Source of the DNA: a virus
Lineage: Duplodnaviria; Caudoviricetes
Length of the DNA stretch: 64,000 bases
Virus record (IMG/VR): IMGVR_UViG_3300033067_002106
Span: 1-64,000 of that record
Reading direction: 5' to 3' (one strand)
Below are positions 11,251-21,377 of this stretch, piece after piece; the first letter of the stretch is position 1; each line of letters begins with the position of its first letter. The notes under the pieces are model-generated. The model did no database searches. It was not told the DNA's origin and worked only from the letters and a program-made list of their open reading frames with translations. Both the position numbers and the translations under genes were made by a program.

Positions 11251-12009
11251 ATGATTAAAGAATTTGTTGGCCCAGTATATTTAGAACCAGTAGAACACGT
11301 TTATATTCACCGGGAAACGGGAATCAAATATAGTTCAGTTACAAAGGCGATTGCTAGTATTGAACCACATTTTGATGCCGAAGCTGTGTCTCAAGCGATT
11401 GTTCATCAACCAAATAACGTCAAACAAGAACGTTATATCGGTATGTCTCAGATTCAAATCTTAGACTATTGGCAAATGTTGAATGATGAGGCGAATACGT
11501 ATGGAACCTATGTTCACGATACGATTGAAAAATATTTAAAGGCAAATAAATGGTGGTTTCCAGAGGATGAGTTGGCGCAAAAAGTAATAGTTGGGTATGA
11601 GAATTTGAAAATTGATGAAGGTTCGTGTATGTATCCAGAACGAATAATGTTTGCCGAAGAATATAGGTTAGCAGGTATGTCAGATTTAATTATCGATATT
11701 GATGACATGTTTTTTGACGTGGGTGACTGGAAAACAAATAGATTGTTTAATTATTGGAATCCATATGGGAATGAAACGTTGCTTAAACCATTTGACCATT
11801 TACAAAATTGCCAATGGTCGATTTATACAATACAATTAAGTACCTATGCTCGTATGTATGAGTTGGAAACCGGTAAAAAATGTAGGCACATTTGGATTGG
11901 ATATTGGGACAAGACAGTGGAATCATTTACCAAGATTCCGATAATGTATTTAAAGGGTGAAGCAATGAAATTATTAGAACTTCATAAGTATAACACTCAA
12001 TATAATTAG
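11251..12009 (+). CDS. PD-(D/E)XK exonuclease (Cas4/lambda-exo-like)
   Basis: GMSDL, GDWKT and YTIQLSTY motifs. Confidence 0.8.
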   Translation: MIKEFVGPVYLEPVEHVYIHRETGIKYSSVTKAIASIEPHFDAEAVSQAIVHQPNNVKQERYIGMSQIQILDYWQMLNDEANTYGTYVHDTIEKYLKANKWWFPEDELAQKVIVGYENLKIDEGSCMYPERIMFAEEYRLAGMSDLIIDIDDMFFDVGDWKTNRLFNYWNPYGNETLLKPFDHLQNCQWSIYTIQLSTYARMYELETGKKCRHIWIGYWDKTVESFTKIPIMYLKGEAMKLLELHKYNTQYN

Positions 12010-12010
12010 T

Positions 12011-12166
12011 ATGCGTTATTTATTGTTATTTGCGATACTTTTAGTCTCTTGCGGAGCACCAAAGCATGTTAAAAAGCACATAAATAACAATGACTCAATC
12101 AGGGTTGAAAGAGCCATTGATAGGACACTTGAAAAATATTTTGAAGGTCATTTAACCTCAAAGTGA
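12011..12166 (+). CDS. Small lipoprotein, 51 aa (not in ORF track)
   Basis: MRYLLLFAILLVSC-GAPK...: hydrophobic core plus LVSC lipobox; starts 1 nt after the upstream stop. Confidence 0.6.
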   Translation: MRYLLLFAILLVSCGAPKHVKKHINNNDSIRVERAIDRTLEKYFEGHLTSK

Positions 12167-13110
12167 CTGACAATATAGTCAATGTTATCTTTGGTTAACT
12201 TTTTATGTGTAATGTTTTGGTTCCACCATTGCCATGGAATAATGTACGATTTCAGGTAGGCACCCTTATCATTTTTGTTACCACTTATAGGTGTTTCAGG
12301 TTTTACAATCTTAAATAGTAGATTTTGATAACCAGTATTTTTATTACCAGCATCTTTGATATCACTTGTTTCTCTACTTGGAACGAACACCATCCCAAAT
12401 AATTTATTATTGAAATATATTCCTTCACCGATATCAGCATAGGCGGCAAATTGGTCATATTCAGCCTCTTTTTTGTTAACAATTCTAACATTTGCATATA
12501 CATATTGGTCTTTGGTATATGACTGGTCAGAAGCCTTTTTTTGTACACCAGTATTTGCGTCACTACTCGGCCATGGCACATCACCAATTAATATTTTTGG
12601 TGGTAATACAAAGTTTACCTTTCCGGTAAAAACACCATCTTTTTTAAGCTCTTCGATAAAATTAGCTAAGATAAATCTAGCTGTTTCAGCTCTTTTTTGT
12701 GCTAATTCTCCGGGTTCTAACCTATGTTTATATGTTTGTGAACTTGGTTCCATATCATAGTTCGGAACTCTAGATTCAGATGAAACCAATTCAATTGTAA
12801 AATCAGATGTTTGGTTTTTTAATAGGTGGGCACCAAGTTTTCTTAGCTCACCTTTAAGTGTTTCGCTCTCATCTTGTGTAAAGATATATTTTCCACTATG
12901 AAAGACCTTACCAAAATCTAGTTTGATTGAATCATTCTTAACTTGTTGGTTTACACTAATATTTGTATCCGCTGGAATTTTATTCTGTGCTTTAAGATTA
13001 CCAAAAATCCCGGCAACACTAATAACAGTCGCTAACACATTCTCTTTCCAACCTTCTTCAATTGGCTGTTTTGGTTCAAAATCTTCCTTTATAATATCCC
13101 AAATTTTCAT
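12148..13110 (-). CDS. Hypothetical protein with hydrophobic segment and possible OmpA-C-like domain
   Basis: Likely start MKIWDIIKE; IELVSSESRVPN...LAQKRAETA resembles the OmpA C-terminal pattern. Confidence 0.55.
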   Translation of the reverse strand: MKIWDIIKEDFEPKQPIEEGWKENVLATVISVAGIFGNLKAQNKIPADTNISVNQQVKNDSIKLDFGKVFHSGKYIFTQDESETLKGELRKLGAHLLKNQTSDFTIELVSSESRVPNYDMEPSSQTYKHRLEPGELAQKRAETARFILANFIEELKKDGVFTGKVNFVLPPKILIGDVPWPSSDANTGVQKKASDQSYTKDQYVYANVRIVNKKEAEYDQFAAYADIGEGIYFNNKLFGMVFVPSRETSDIKDAGNKNTGYQNLLFKIVKPETPISGNKNDKGAYLKSYIIPWQWWNQNITHKKLTKDNIDYIVSHFEVK

Positions 13111-13174
13111 ATAATATAAATACTCAATTATTTGCAAATGAGCGGACTAATTGGTATATTTGTATCAAAAAATT

Positions 13175-13990
13175 ATGCCGATTCGTAAAATAATACACTT
13201 AGCTGATATACACATCAGGACATATAGGCTCCACGATGAGTATAAAGACGTTTTTAAGACGTTTTTAGCCCAGTTAACAGATTTGGTAAAGGAATACCAG
13301 AGAGAAGAGTTAAGGGTTGTATTGGCCGGAGATTTGGTCCACCAAAAAATTGTTATTTCTAATGAACAATTAATATTGGGTACATGGTTTATCAGAAAAC
13401 TGGAGGAAATAGCTCCAGTGATAATAATAGCCGGGAATCATGATTTGTTGGAAAACAATAGAGACAGGGTTGACAGTATAACACCAATGGTTCAATTTCT
13501 ACCAGATGCGAATGTGAATTATTTTACTGAGTCTAAGTGTTATTTAGACGATAATATTGTCTGGTGTGTATATTCAATATTTGAAGGTAATACACGTCCA
13601 AATATTGAATCAGCCAGAGCGCAATTTGGCAACGATAAAACATATATTGGCTTGTATCACGCTCCACTACTTAATGCTAAAACAGATATTGGTTATGTAA
13701 TAGACCATGGTGCTGGATTGGATATTTTTGAAGGGTGTGACATGGTAATGCTTGGCGATATCCATAAACGTCAATCCTTTAACCATAAAGGAATTCAAAT
13801 AGCGTATCCAAGCTCGTTGATTCAACAAAATTTTGGTGAAAATGTGTCTAAGCATGGTTTTTTATTTTGGGATATTGAGACCAAGACGTTTACAGAACAT
13901 GATGTTGACAACAAATATCAAATGTATAATTTTAAGATAAAGTCACTAGAAGACTTAGAAAATAACGCTGAAATAATAACCAACTTATGA
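13175..13990 (+). CDS. sbcD: SbcD/Mre11-like metallophosphoesterase nuclease
   Basis: HLADIH, AGDLVH, AGNHD and LGDIH motifs. Confidence 0.85.
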   Translation: MPIRKIIHLADIHIRTYRLHDEYKDVFKTFLAQLTDLVKEYQREELRVVLAGDLVHQKIVISNEQLILGTWFIRKLEEIAPVIIIAGNHDLLENNRDRVDSITPMVQFLPDANVNYFTESKCYLDDNIVWCVYSIFEGNTRPNIESARAQFGNDKTYIGLYHAPLLNAKTDIGYVIDHGAGLDIFEGCDMVMLGDIHKRQSFNHKGIQIAYPSSLIQQNFGENVSKHGFLFWDIETKTFTEHDVDNKYQMYNFKIKSLEDLENNAEIITNL

Positions 13991-14238
13991 CATACAAAGA
14001 TTTAAAAAATTTCATAGCACAAATATCCGATGAATATGATGAATATGAAATAGTAAACGGGGAAGTCGGATACCTAGACCCAAGTGATGAAAATAGTCTT
14101 TCATATAGACTAGATAAACCAATAATTGCACTATACGTTGATGAACAATCAAAAGAACTCTGCTTTCTTCATCAAACCAGAGAAGATGTGTTAAGTACAC
14201 TTAACAAAGGAAGTAATGACCCTACCGAAACAACTTAA
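13987..14238 (+). CDS. Hypothetical protein
   Basis: ATGA-coupled ORF within operon. Confidence 0.65.
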   Translation: MTYKDLKNFIAQISDEYDEYEIVNGEVGYLDPSDENSLSYRLDKPIIALYVDEQSKELCFLHQTREDVLSTLNKGSNDPTETT

Positions 14239-14515
14239 TGATGAAATTTGGGACTATTGCAGGGTCAATAGCATAACAAATATTGACGACTTTATTATTA
14301 AATTGGTAAAGCAGGGATTTACCGTTGAAAAATTTGGGGCAACACCACAAGTCAACGAACGAATCGTTGAGAAAATTGTTGAGGTACCAGTTGAAAAAGA
14401 AGTTTATGTCTCCAACGATGATGAGGTGAATAAATTAACGGATAAGATAAATCAACTTATAATAGAGCTTGATTTAGAAAGAAAAAAGAAAAAAGATATC
14501 TATGGCGAAGGCTAA
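14216..14515 (+). CDS. Hypothetical protein
   Basis: Overlapping operon ORF, coiled-coil-like C-terminus. Confidence 0.65.
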   Translation: MTLPKQLNDEIWDYCRVNSITNIDDFIIKLVKQGFTVEKFGATPQVNERIVEKIVEVPVEKEVYVSNDDEVNKLTDKINQLIIELDLERKKKKDIYGEG

Positions 14516-16868
14516 TATAAACGAACAAATAATTTTATCCCCCTATTCCAAGGTTAAGGTTTATTGGGATGACCGTCCAGAAAATTATAGCAAAGAAGCT
14601 AAAAATAAAATCAAAAATCATATTGCAAAAAAGTATGGTGTTAATAAAAATAACATAGATGTTATTTATCGGCCTGTTAAATTTGCTGATAATGGTGATG
14701 TTATTGAGATAACAGGTGCCAATATAGAAAATCTAATGGACATCAACTATCAACGTGGTTTGATGAAGGAATGGGTGAAGAGAGAGGGAAAAATGATTGG
14801 TGTTGAAAAAATTCTTACACTTGACGATAAAGTTAACACTGAGTTAAAACTAAACAACGAAACAACTCAACATACTAGTTGGACAATCAAATGGTTAAAG
14901 GTAGATAATTTTCTTTGTTTTGGTGAAGAAAATTATTTACCCTTTTCTAGAATCAAGGGGTTAACAGTGGTGAACTCGTTACCAGCCAATACTGGTGGTA
15001 AAACAACACTTACAATCGATACGATTAAGTTTTTACTTCACGGAAACACAACCAAAACAGATAAGAACGAAGAAATATTTAACACTTTTAGCAATAAAAA
15101 TGAGTTGGTTGTCAGGGGGATGATTGAAATTGGTGGCGAGGAGATAATAATTGAAAGAAGAATGAAACGTTCGGCTAAGAAAGGTGGTGGTTGGACAGTA
15201 ACAAATAAAGTTAATTATTTTGAAATCTTACCAGATGGAGAAGAAAAGACCCTCAATGAAGATGATGCAACAAAAACAACAATCAAAATAAACACAACAA
15301 TTGGGAGTGAAAAAGATTTTGAGATGTTGGTATTAGCCACCGAAAAAAATCTGGATGACTTAATTGGATTAACAACAACAGAAAGCGGAAAGGTTCTTAC
15401 TCGATTGATTGGTCTCGAAGTTATTGAGAAAAAAGAAGAGGCGGTGAGAGTAATGTATAATAATTTCAATAAGATTAAGAAATCAAACAATTACGATGTT
15501 ATTACATTAACCAGTGAAATCACTACCCATAATGATAACATTGAGATGGGTAAAACAATTGAAGGAAATTTGAATAACAAACTAAACGAAATCAAAGAAG
15601 AAATTGTTAAGTTAAATGATGAGAACGATAGGTTACTTAATAGTAAAATAACCATCGATGTTACAATAAGCACTCTCAATCCTTCAAAACTTGAGAGTGA
15701 AATATCTGAAATAACCAAAACTGGGCTTAAGTTAAAGGGTAATGTTGAAACACTACAAGTTAGAATAAACGAAATAGGCGTTGTTGAGTTTGACGAGGAT
15801 AAACATTATATAACGACTAGTAATTATAATACAGCTGTTTCAGACAGAAGAATAAAACAAGCTGAAATATCCAGATTAAAGGAAAATATCCAGAATCTTA
15901 TTGATGGGGGTATTTGTAAGGCTTGTAATCGTAAACTTGATAATATTGATAACTCAGAACATATCAACAACCACAATATTTTAATTGGAGAACTTGAAAA
16001 AGAAATAACAATCTTAGACGAGGATATTAATCAATATACAACAATTTTGAACGACCTTAATTTGGTTAAAAAGCTCGTGGATGAGAAGAACAAACTTGAA
16101 TTGGATAAGGATAGAACTGAGGTAGAAATGGGTGCATTAAGGAACCAAATCGTTTCTATGAAAAACGACCTTAAAAAGTATAAAATGAATCAAGAGGCGA
16201 TTGAGCTTAACAAAAAAATTGACGGTGAGGTTGCCATGGTAAAAACAAAACTTAATGTGGCACATTATAGTAAAGAAGACACTTTATCAAAGATTCAAAA
16301 AATAAAACAAGACATTGAATCAAATATAAACCAAATTAGTTCAAAAAATAGCTTAATAGAAGAGCTTAAAAAGGAAGAGGAAATCGAAAGAGTTTATAAG
16401 ATTTATATCGATATTGTCGGTAAAAAGGGTATTAGCAAGTTAGTCCTTAGGTCGGTTCTTCCAATAATAAATTCTGAGGTTCAAAGACTTTTGGAGGAAG
16501 TTTGTGATTTTGAAATCGAGATATTTATTGATGATAAGAACAACGTTCAGTTTTTGATAAATGAAGATGGTGTTTCAAAATTATTGAAATCCGGTAGTGG
16601 ATTCGAAAAAACAGCGTCTAGTTTGGCATTAAGAGGAGTTTTGGGGAAGATTTCGACACTTCCTATGCCTAATTTTATTACATTTGATGAGGTATTGGGT
16701 AAGGTTGCGAATGAAAATCTTGAAAAGTTAAAACCATTGTTCGATAAAATAAAAAATATGTATGAAATTGTTTTCTTGATAACCCATAATGATTTGGTGA
16801 AAGACTGGGGGGATAATATAATAACCGTTGAGAAGGAAAATCACATATCAAAAATCACAATAAAATAA
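14502..16868 (+). CDS. sbcC: SbcC/Rad50-like SMC ATPase
   Basis: Walker A NTGGKTT, CKAC zinc hook, SGSGFE signature, FITFDE Walker B, long coiled coil. Confidence 0.9.
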   Translation: MAKANINEQIILSPYSKVKVYWDDRPENYSKEAKNKIKNHIAKKYGVNKNNIDVIYRPVKFADNGDVIEITGANIENLMDINYQRGLMKEWVKREGKMIGVEKILTLDDKVNTELKLNNETTQHTSWTIKWLKVDNFLCFGEENYLPFSRIKGLTVVNSLPANTGGKTTLTIDTIKFLLHGNTTKTDKNEEIFNTFSNKNELVVRGMIEIGGEEIIIERRMKRSAKKGGGWTVTNKVNYFEILPDGEEKTLNEDDATKTTIKINTTIGSEKDFEMLVLATEKNLDDLIGLTTTESGKVLTRLIGLEVIEKKEEAVRVMYNNFNKIKKSNNYDVITLTSEITTHNDNIEMGKTIEGNLNNKLNEIKEEIVKLNDENDRLLNSKITIDVTISTLNPSKLESEISEITKTGLKLKGNVETLQVRINEIGVVEFDEDKHYITTSNYNTAVSDRRIKQAEISRLKENIQNLIDGGICKACNRKLDNIDNSEHINNHNILIGELEKEITILDEDINQYTTILNDLNLVKKLVDEKNKLELDKDRTEVEMGALRNQIVSMKNDLKKYKMNQEAIELNKKIDGEVAMVKTKLNVAHYSKEDTLSKIQKIKQDIESNINQISSKNSLIEELKKEEEIERVYKIYIDIVGKKGISKLVLRSVLPIINSEVQRLLEEVCDFEIEIFIDDKNNVQFLINEDGVSKLLKSGSGFEKTASSLALRGVLGKISTLPMPNFITFDEVLGKVANENLEKLKPLFDKIKNMYEIVFLITHNDLVKDWGDNIITVEKENHISKITIK

Positions 16869-16873
16869 AGAAC

Positions 16874-17395
16874 ATGAAATTTAGGAACTATTGTTTGGTA
16901 GTAATGGGTAACACTAAAAATATTTTACCTGAGATTATTAAAATTTCAGAAACGAAGCCAAATATGTTAGATGCGAAGGGTATTATTATATCCACATTTA
17001 CTTCTAATATTGAACCTAGGGAATTAAGCGACTATTTTAAATTAAATAAACGAAATTTTTTATTGTTTGATTTGAATGAAAATAATTCTGGGTTTCATAT
17101 TGGAAAAGAAGAAATCAACGAAGGTCTTTTTGGTTTTTTGAAAGATATGGGTGAAACAGAACTAAGACAAAAAACCGATGATTTAATACATGAGATTAGT
17201 TCGACTACTGTAACCAATAAGATAACGAAGTATTCTAGCAAAACAAATAAGACTGAGCCAGACATCTCAATTGAAGATATTGACAAAATGTCATCAGAAG
17301 CTAAGAATGATTTAATGAATAAATTAATAGATAAAGCGTTAAAAAATAATTTGTCAGAACATGATAAAAAAATGCTTGAGAAACTAAGTGATTAA
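16874..17395 (+). CDS. Hypothetical protein
   Basis: 173-aa ORF in operon. Confidence 0.65.
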   Translation: MKFRNYCLVVMGNTKNILPEIIKISETKPNMLDAKGIIISTFTSNIEPRELSDYFKLNKRNFLLFDLNENNSGFHIGKEEINEGLFGFLKDMGETELRQKTDDLIHEISSTTVTNKITKYSSKTNKTEPDISIEDIDKMSSEAKNDLMNKLIDKALKNNLSEHDKKMLEKLSD

Positions 17396-17478
17396 GGGTT
17401 AATAACTTGACTTTTAGCCTTTTTTACGTATATTTATACGTTTATACACGATAACAATTTTTTGAAATTAACAATTAA

Positions 17479-18306
17479 ATGAGTAAAAAATATGTAAACT
17501 TTGACATTGACAACAGCTTAACCCAGTATTTTAAAGATGTTAGAAAATCAACATTATTAACCCCTAATGAAGAGATTGATTTAGCGATAAGGATTCAAAA
17601 CGGTGACAAAATGGCAATTGAAAAATTGGTAAATTCCAATTTAAAATTTGTAATATCAATTGCAAAAGAATATCAAAACCAAGGGCTATCACTAGCTGAC
17701 TTAATAAGCGAAGGTAACTATGGTTTAGTAAAAGCGGCAACTAGATTTGACCACGCTCGTGGTTTTAGATTTATTTCATACGCTGTTTGGTGGATAAAAC
17801 AATCTATCATTCAAAGTTTAAATGAAAACGCAAGAATAGTCAGGCTCCCAGCCAATGTAATAAATAAACTTTCACGACAAAAGAAGGAAATTGAAAAATT
17901 TGAGTTTCAAAATGAACGTGAACCGATTTATGGTGAAATTTTAGACGAAAACGATGAAGCGGTTGAAATTATTTCATACCCTAAGTGTTCATCTCTTAAT
18001 GATGTAATAAATGAAGATGGTGATGAAATGATTGATTTATTATCATCAGATGAAGATGAAAGTTCAATTATCGTTGATGACAGAATAAAAAATCAATTAC
18101 AAAAAACTCTTTCAATTCTTGACGAAAGAGAAAGAAACATTGTTGAGTGTTATTATGGTATCAATATTGATTGTGAGCCAATGACACTTGAAGCAATAGG
18201 TGAAAAATATGATTTAACCAAAGAAAGAATCAGACAAATAAAAGAAAAGGCAATCAGAAAACTAAGACATAATGCCCATGATTTGTATAGTTTGATGAAT
18301 GAATAA
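17479..18306 (+). CDS. rpoD: Sigma-70 family sigma factor (Bacteroidota RpoD-like, no region 1.1)
   Basis: NLKFVISIAKEYQNQGLSLADLISEGNYGL, RGFRFISYAVWWIKQ, region 4 TLEAIG...TKERIRQI. Confidence 0.9.
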   Translation: MSKKYVNFDIDNSLTQYFKDVRKSTLLTPNEEIDLAIRIQNGDKMAIEKLVNSNLKFVISIAKEYQNQGLSLADLISEGNYGLVKAATRFDHARGFRFISYAVWWIKQSIIQSLNENARIVRLPANVINKLSRQKKEIEKFEFQNEREPIYGEILDENDEAVEIISYPKCSSLNDVINEDGDEMIDLLSSDEDESSIIVDDRIKNQLQKTLSILDERERNIVECYYGINIDCEPMTLEAIGEKYDLTKERIRQIKEKAIRKLRHNAHDLYSLMNE

Positions 18307-18325
18307 TATTTATAAATAAAATATT

Positions 18326-19522
18326 ATGAAATTTAGATTTAGTTTTCTAGTAGCTTTAGCAGCTGCATTGGTCGCAGGATGTGCCGCATATTATTCGGTT
18401 TTTGGGTTAAGTCAGTTATTTGCAGGTGCGAGTATTTCCGTTATTATAATGGCATCAAGCTTAGAGTTCGGTAAGATAGTAAGCGTCAGCTTACTCCAAA
18501 GATATTGGAGTAGAATATCAAAGGCGTTAAAGATTTATTTGGTTACAGGTGTTTTCATTCTTGTTTGTATAACATCTGGTGGTATTTATGGGTTCCTATC
18601 AAATGCATATCAACAGACCGCATCAAAATATGAAATTGGTGAGGGTCAGTTAATGGTTTTAAACAATAAGAAAGACCTATTTGATAAAAACATTGAGGAT
18701 AACAAAATAATAATCGAAACAAAATCAAAGAGGGTTCAACAACTTAATGACCTTAGAACAAATCAAGAAGCAAGATTAGACGGAGCAACAAGCAATGCAA
18801 ATAGAAGCAAAGCTAGGGCAGACATAAATTCAGCTACCGTTGAAATTCAAAAGTTAAATACCGAAATCGACAATTTAAACATAAAGAACTCAACATTACT
18901 TGATTCCTCAAATGTATACGCAAATAAAGCGATTGAAGCCAAGGCCGGAAACGGAGCTTCAGCCGAATTAGGTCCATTAAAGTATTTATCTCAACTTACA
19001 GGACAACCGATGGATAAGGTTGTTAACTGGTTTATATTGTTACTTATTTTTGTGTTTGACCCTCTTGCCGTTGCATTGGTAATAGCAACAAATAGGGTTC
19101 TAGAATTAGAGAGTAAACATGGTGATGAACCAGTTAAAAAGAACCCAATATTAAAAACACTTGAAAGTCTAAGAAAAAAACGAGAAGAAATAACACAAGA
19201 CCCGATTGAAGATTTCGAACCCGAACCTGACCCTGAACCAGAACCCGAACCTGAGCCAGAACCTGAGCCAGAACCTGAGCCAGAACCAGAACCTGAACCA
19301 GAACCTGAACCTGAGCCAGCGCCACAAATACACAAAAAAGAACCTGTCATACCAACTGGTAGTGTAAAGCTTGAAGATATAAAAGAAATAAAAGAAAACT
19401 CAAATAGGGGTTTCTCAATGCCCATACCAAAACCGTCTAATAACACAATTGAAAGAATTGGAACCAATAAGTTTTTAAGGAAAGATGACCGTGAAAGTCT
19501 TATTTTTAAAAGAAAACAATAA
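18326..19522 (+). CDS. Membrane protein with coiled coil and (Glu-Pro)n linker
   Basis: Three N-terminal hydrophobic segments, coiled coil, a further TM, EP run. Confidence 0.7.
   Translation: MKFRFSFLVALAAALVAGCAAYYSVFGLSQLFAGASISVIIMASSLEFGKIVSVSLLQRYWSRISKALKIYLVTGVFILVCITSGGIYGFLSNAYQQTASKYEIGEGQLMVLNNKKDLFDKNIEDNKIIIETKSKRVQQLNDLRTNQEARLDGATSNANRSKARADINSATVEIQKLNTEIDNLNIKNSTLLDSSNVYANKAIEAKAGNGASAELGPLKYLSQLTGQPMDKVVNWFILLLIFVFDPLAVALVIATNRVLELESKHGDEPVKKNPILKTLESLRKKREEITQDPIEDFEPEPDPEPEPEPEPEPEPEPEPEPEPEPEPEPEPAPQIHKKEPVIPTGSVKLEDIKEIKENSNRGFSMPIPKPSNNTIERIGTNKFLRKDDRESLIFKRKQ
19219..19320 (+). repeat. GARCCW hexamer tandem repeat encoding (EP)n
   Basis: About 17 consecutive EP/DP dipeptides. 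Confidence 0.9.
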
Positions 19523-20133
19523 TGTTAATAGATGAGACAACATATATTTTACCAGATGCAAATTATGTAAAGGCAGAAACAATTAAAAAACAAATAGTTA
19601 TCGCCCATACTGGTAGTATAGATATGAGACATATACCCAAGTGGAAACACAGATTAAATGGTAGATATAATAAAACAGCCGCATTTTCAATTGATGTGGC
19701 TGGTAATGTTTATAGACATTTCGACCCAATTTATTTTTCAAAATTTATAGGTGACCTTGAACTTGATAAAAAAAGTATTATAATTTTACTTGAAAACGAG
19801 GGTTGGTTATCTAAAAATACCGAAAATGGTGAATTTATTAACTGGATTGGCCATATTTATAGTAAACCAGAAAGTGTGTATGAGAAACGTTGGAGGGGTC
19901 ATGAACATTGGGCACCTTACGGAGTGGAACAATTTGAATCTACATTGGAATTGGTTAAAAAACTATGTGATGAGTTTTTCATCCCAAAGACATCAGTTCC
20001 ACATAACACTAAGTTGGATAATATTAACAACCTAGAAGGTGTTTTATATAGAAGCAATCTAGAAAAATATTACACAGATTTAAGCCCAGCTTGGAACTGT
20101 GAGAAATTCAAATATAAACTTGAAAACGAATGA
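19522..20133 (+). CDS. Amidase_2-like protein, catalytic Zn ligands apparently lost
   Basis: IVIAHT, AAFSIDVAGNVY, SIIILLENEG and TDLSP follow the amidase_2 pattern. Confidence 0.65.
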   Translation: MLIDETTYILPDANYVKAETIKKQIVIAHTGSIDMRHIPKWKHRLNGRYNKTAAFSIDVAGNVYRHFDPIYFSKFIGDLELDKKSIIILLENEGWLSKNTENGEFINWIGHIYSKPESVYEKRWRGHEHWAPYGVEQFESTLELVKKLCDEFFIPKTSVPHNTKLDNINNLEGVLYRSNLEKYYTDLSPAWNCEKFKYKLENE

Positions 20134-20561
20134 AAAATAGAGAAATGATAAACGAACATGACCTAACTAAAAAAATGATTGAAACCTTGAGAGGTGGAAT
20201 GCTATTAGAAGGTGATGAAAATTCGGACGTAATATCACCTACATCAACTGATGCGGTATATAGTGAAGAAGTTAAAAAAATTAGTGATACTGTTGACCCT
20301 AGGGTTCAAATTACAAAGTTCAAAATTTATCCTAGAGACAGGAATGTTGAATTCGAGGGTAGATTGGATTCCGGTATCAACTTCTTTATGTCAACCAAAG
20401 CGATGAAATTGAGTATTTCGATTACCGACGACCAAGGTCAGGCTACTAGGATTTATATGGATAAAGAATTGCTAGCAACAATTCAAAAACTAAACGGTTT
20501 TTATGAAAACTGGACCAGAGAATGGGCACAGAAATTAAACACCGAATATAGAGCAAAATAA
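20130..20561 (+). CDS. Hypothetical protein
   Basis: ATGA-coupled ORF. Confidence 0.65.
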   Translation: MKNREMINEHDLTKKMIETLRGGMLLEGDENSDVISPTSTDAVYSEEVKKISDTVDPRVQITKFKIYPRDRNVEFEGRLDSGINFFMSTKAMKLSISITDDQGQATRIYMDKELLATIQKLNGFYENWTREWAQKLNTEYRAK

Positions 20562-20566
20562 TTTTT

Positions 20567-21016
20567 ATGAATAATAATGAACAAACCCCATCTACCAGTA
20601 TTAAAGATTCTGGAATTTTGTGTTGGATTAAAAAACAAATATCAAAAATAAAGGGTAGAACACTTATTGATATCATCATCATTGCGATTCCGGTGTTATT
20701 GATATATGTTTATTTCAATCTAGACCCAACAGAAATCAAACAAACGCTTAAAGATAACAAAAAAATTGAGAGCAAGATTGATAGCCTAAAAACGGATAAC
20801 CAATTTATTGTTGAACGAATGTATGAACTAGAAAAAAAACAAACGATGTTTTTTGAGCTTATCAATCAAAACAATGATTTGATTAAGGAAAATAATAAAG
20901 AATTGCAGAAATTAAAAAGAATATACAATGAAAAAATTAATTCTATTAATGGGTATAATGTTAGTCAGCTTGATAGCTTCTTCGCAAACAGGTACAAAGA
21001 ATACTACAACAAATAA
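20567..21016 (+). CDS. Membrane-anchored coiled-coil protein (spanin-like?)
   Basis: Single TM followed by coiled coil. Confidence 0.55.
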   Translation: MNNNEQTPSTSIKDSGILCWIKKQISKIKGRTLIDIIIIAIPVLLIYVYFNLDPTEIKQTLKDNKKIESKIDSLKTDNQFIVERMYELEKKQTMFFELINQNNDLIKENNKELQKLKRIYNEKINSINGYNVSQLDSFFANRYKEYYNK

Positions 21017-21377
21017 TATTGATAGTATTGTTCCGTTACCAAAAAATGTTGCAAAAGCCGTTGCTAAAGATTTGATTAAAGGTGATTCACTCTTGGCAGA
21101 GGTTAACGTATTAAAGAAAAATGAAAAATTATTGCAAGATAATTTAAAATTAAAGGATAATGTTATTGAAAATAAAGACAATATCATTACACTTTATAAG
21201 ACTAAAGAGGATAACTACAATACAATGTTAACCCTTAAGGATATTGAGAAAAAGAATCTAGAGACCCTAGCCAATACACTTAAGAAAGACCTTAAAAAAA
21301 CAAAACGAGAGTTAAAACTAACAAAAATCGGAGGCACCGCTATTATTGGTGTGCTAGCATATTTAATTTTAAAATAA
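20928..21377 (+). CDS. Signal peptide + coiled coil + C-terminal TM protein (spanin-like?)
   Basis: MKKLILL...ASS-Q signal, C-terminal IGGTAIIGVLAYLILK; overlaps upstream gene by 89 nt. Confidence 0.55.
   Translation: MKKLILLMGIMLVSLIASSQTGTKNTTTNNIDSIVPLPKNVAKAVAKDLIKGDSLLAEVNVLKKNEKLLQDNLKLKDNVIENKDNIITLYKTKEDNYNTMLTLKDIEKKNLETLANTLKKDLKKTKRELKLTKIGGTAIIGVLAYLILK

Noticed and set aside
18991-19467. Minus-strand (GS)n ORFs
   Set aside because: Antisense shadow of the EP repeat.
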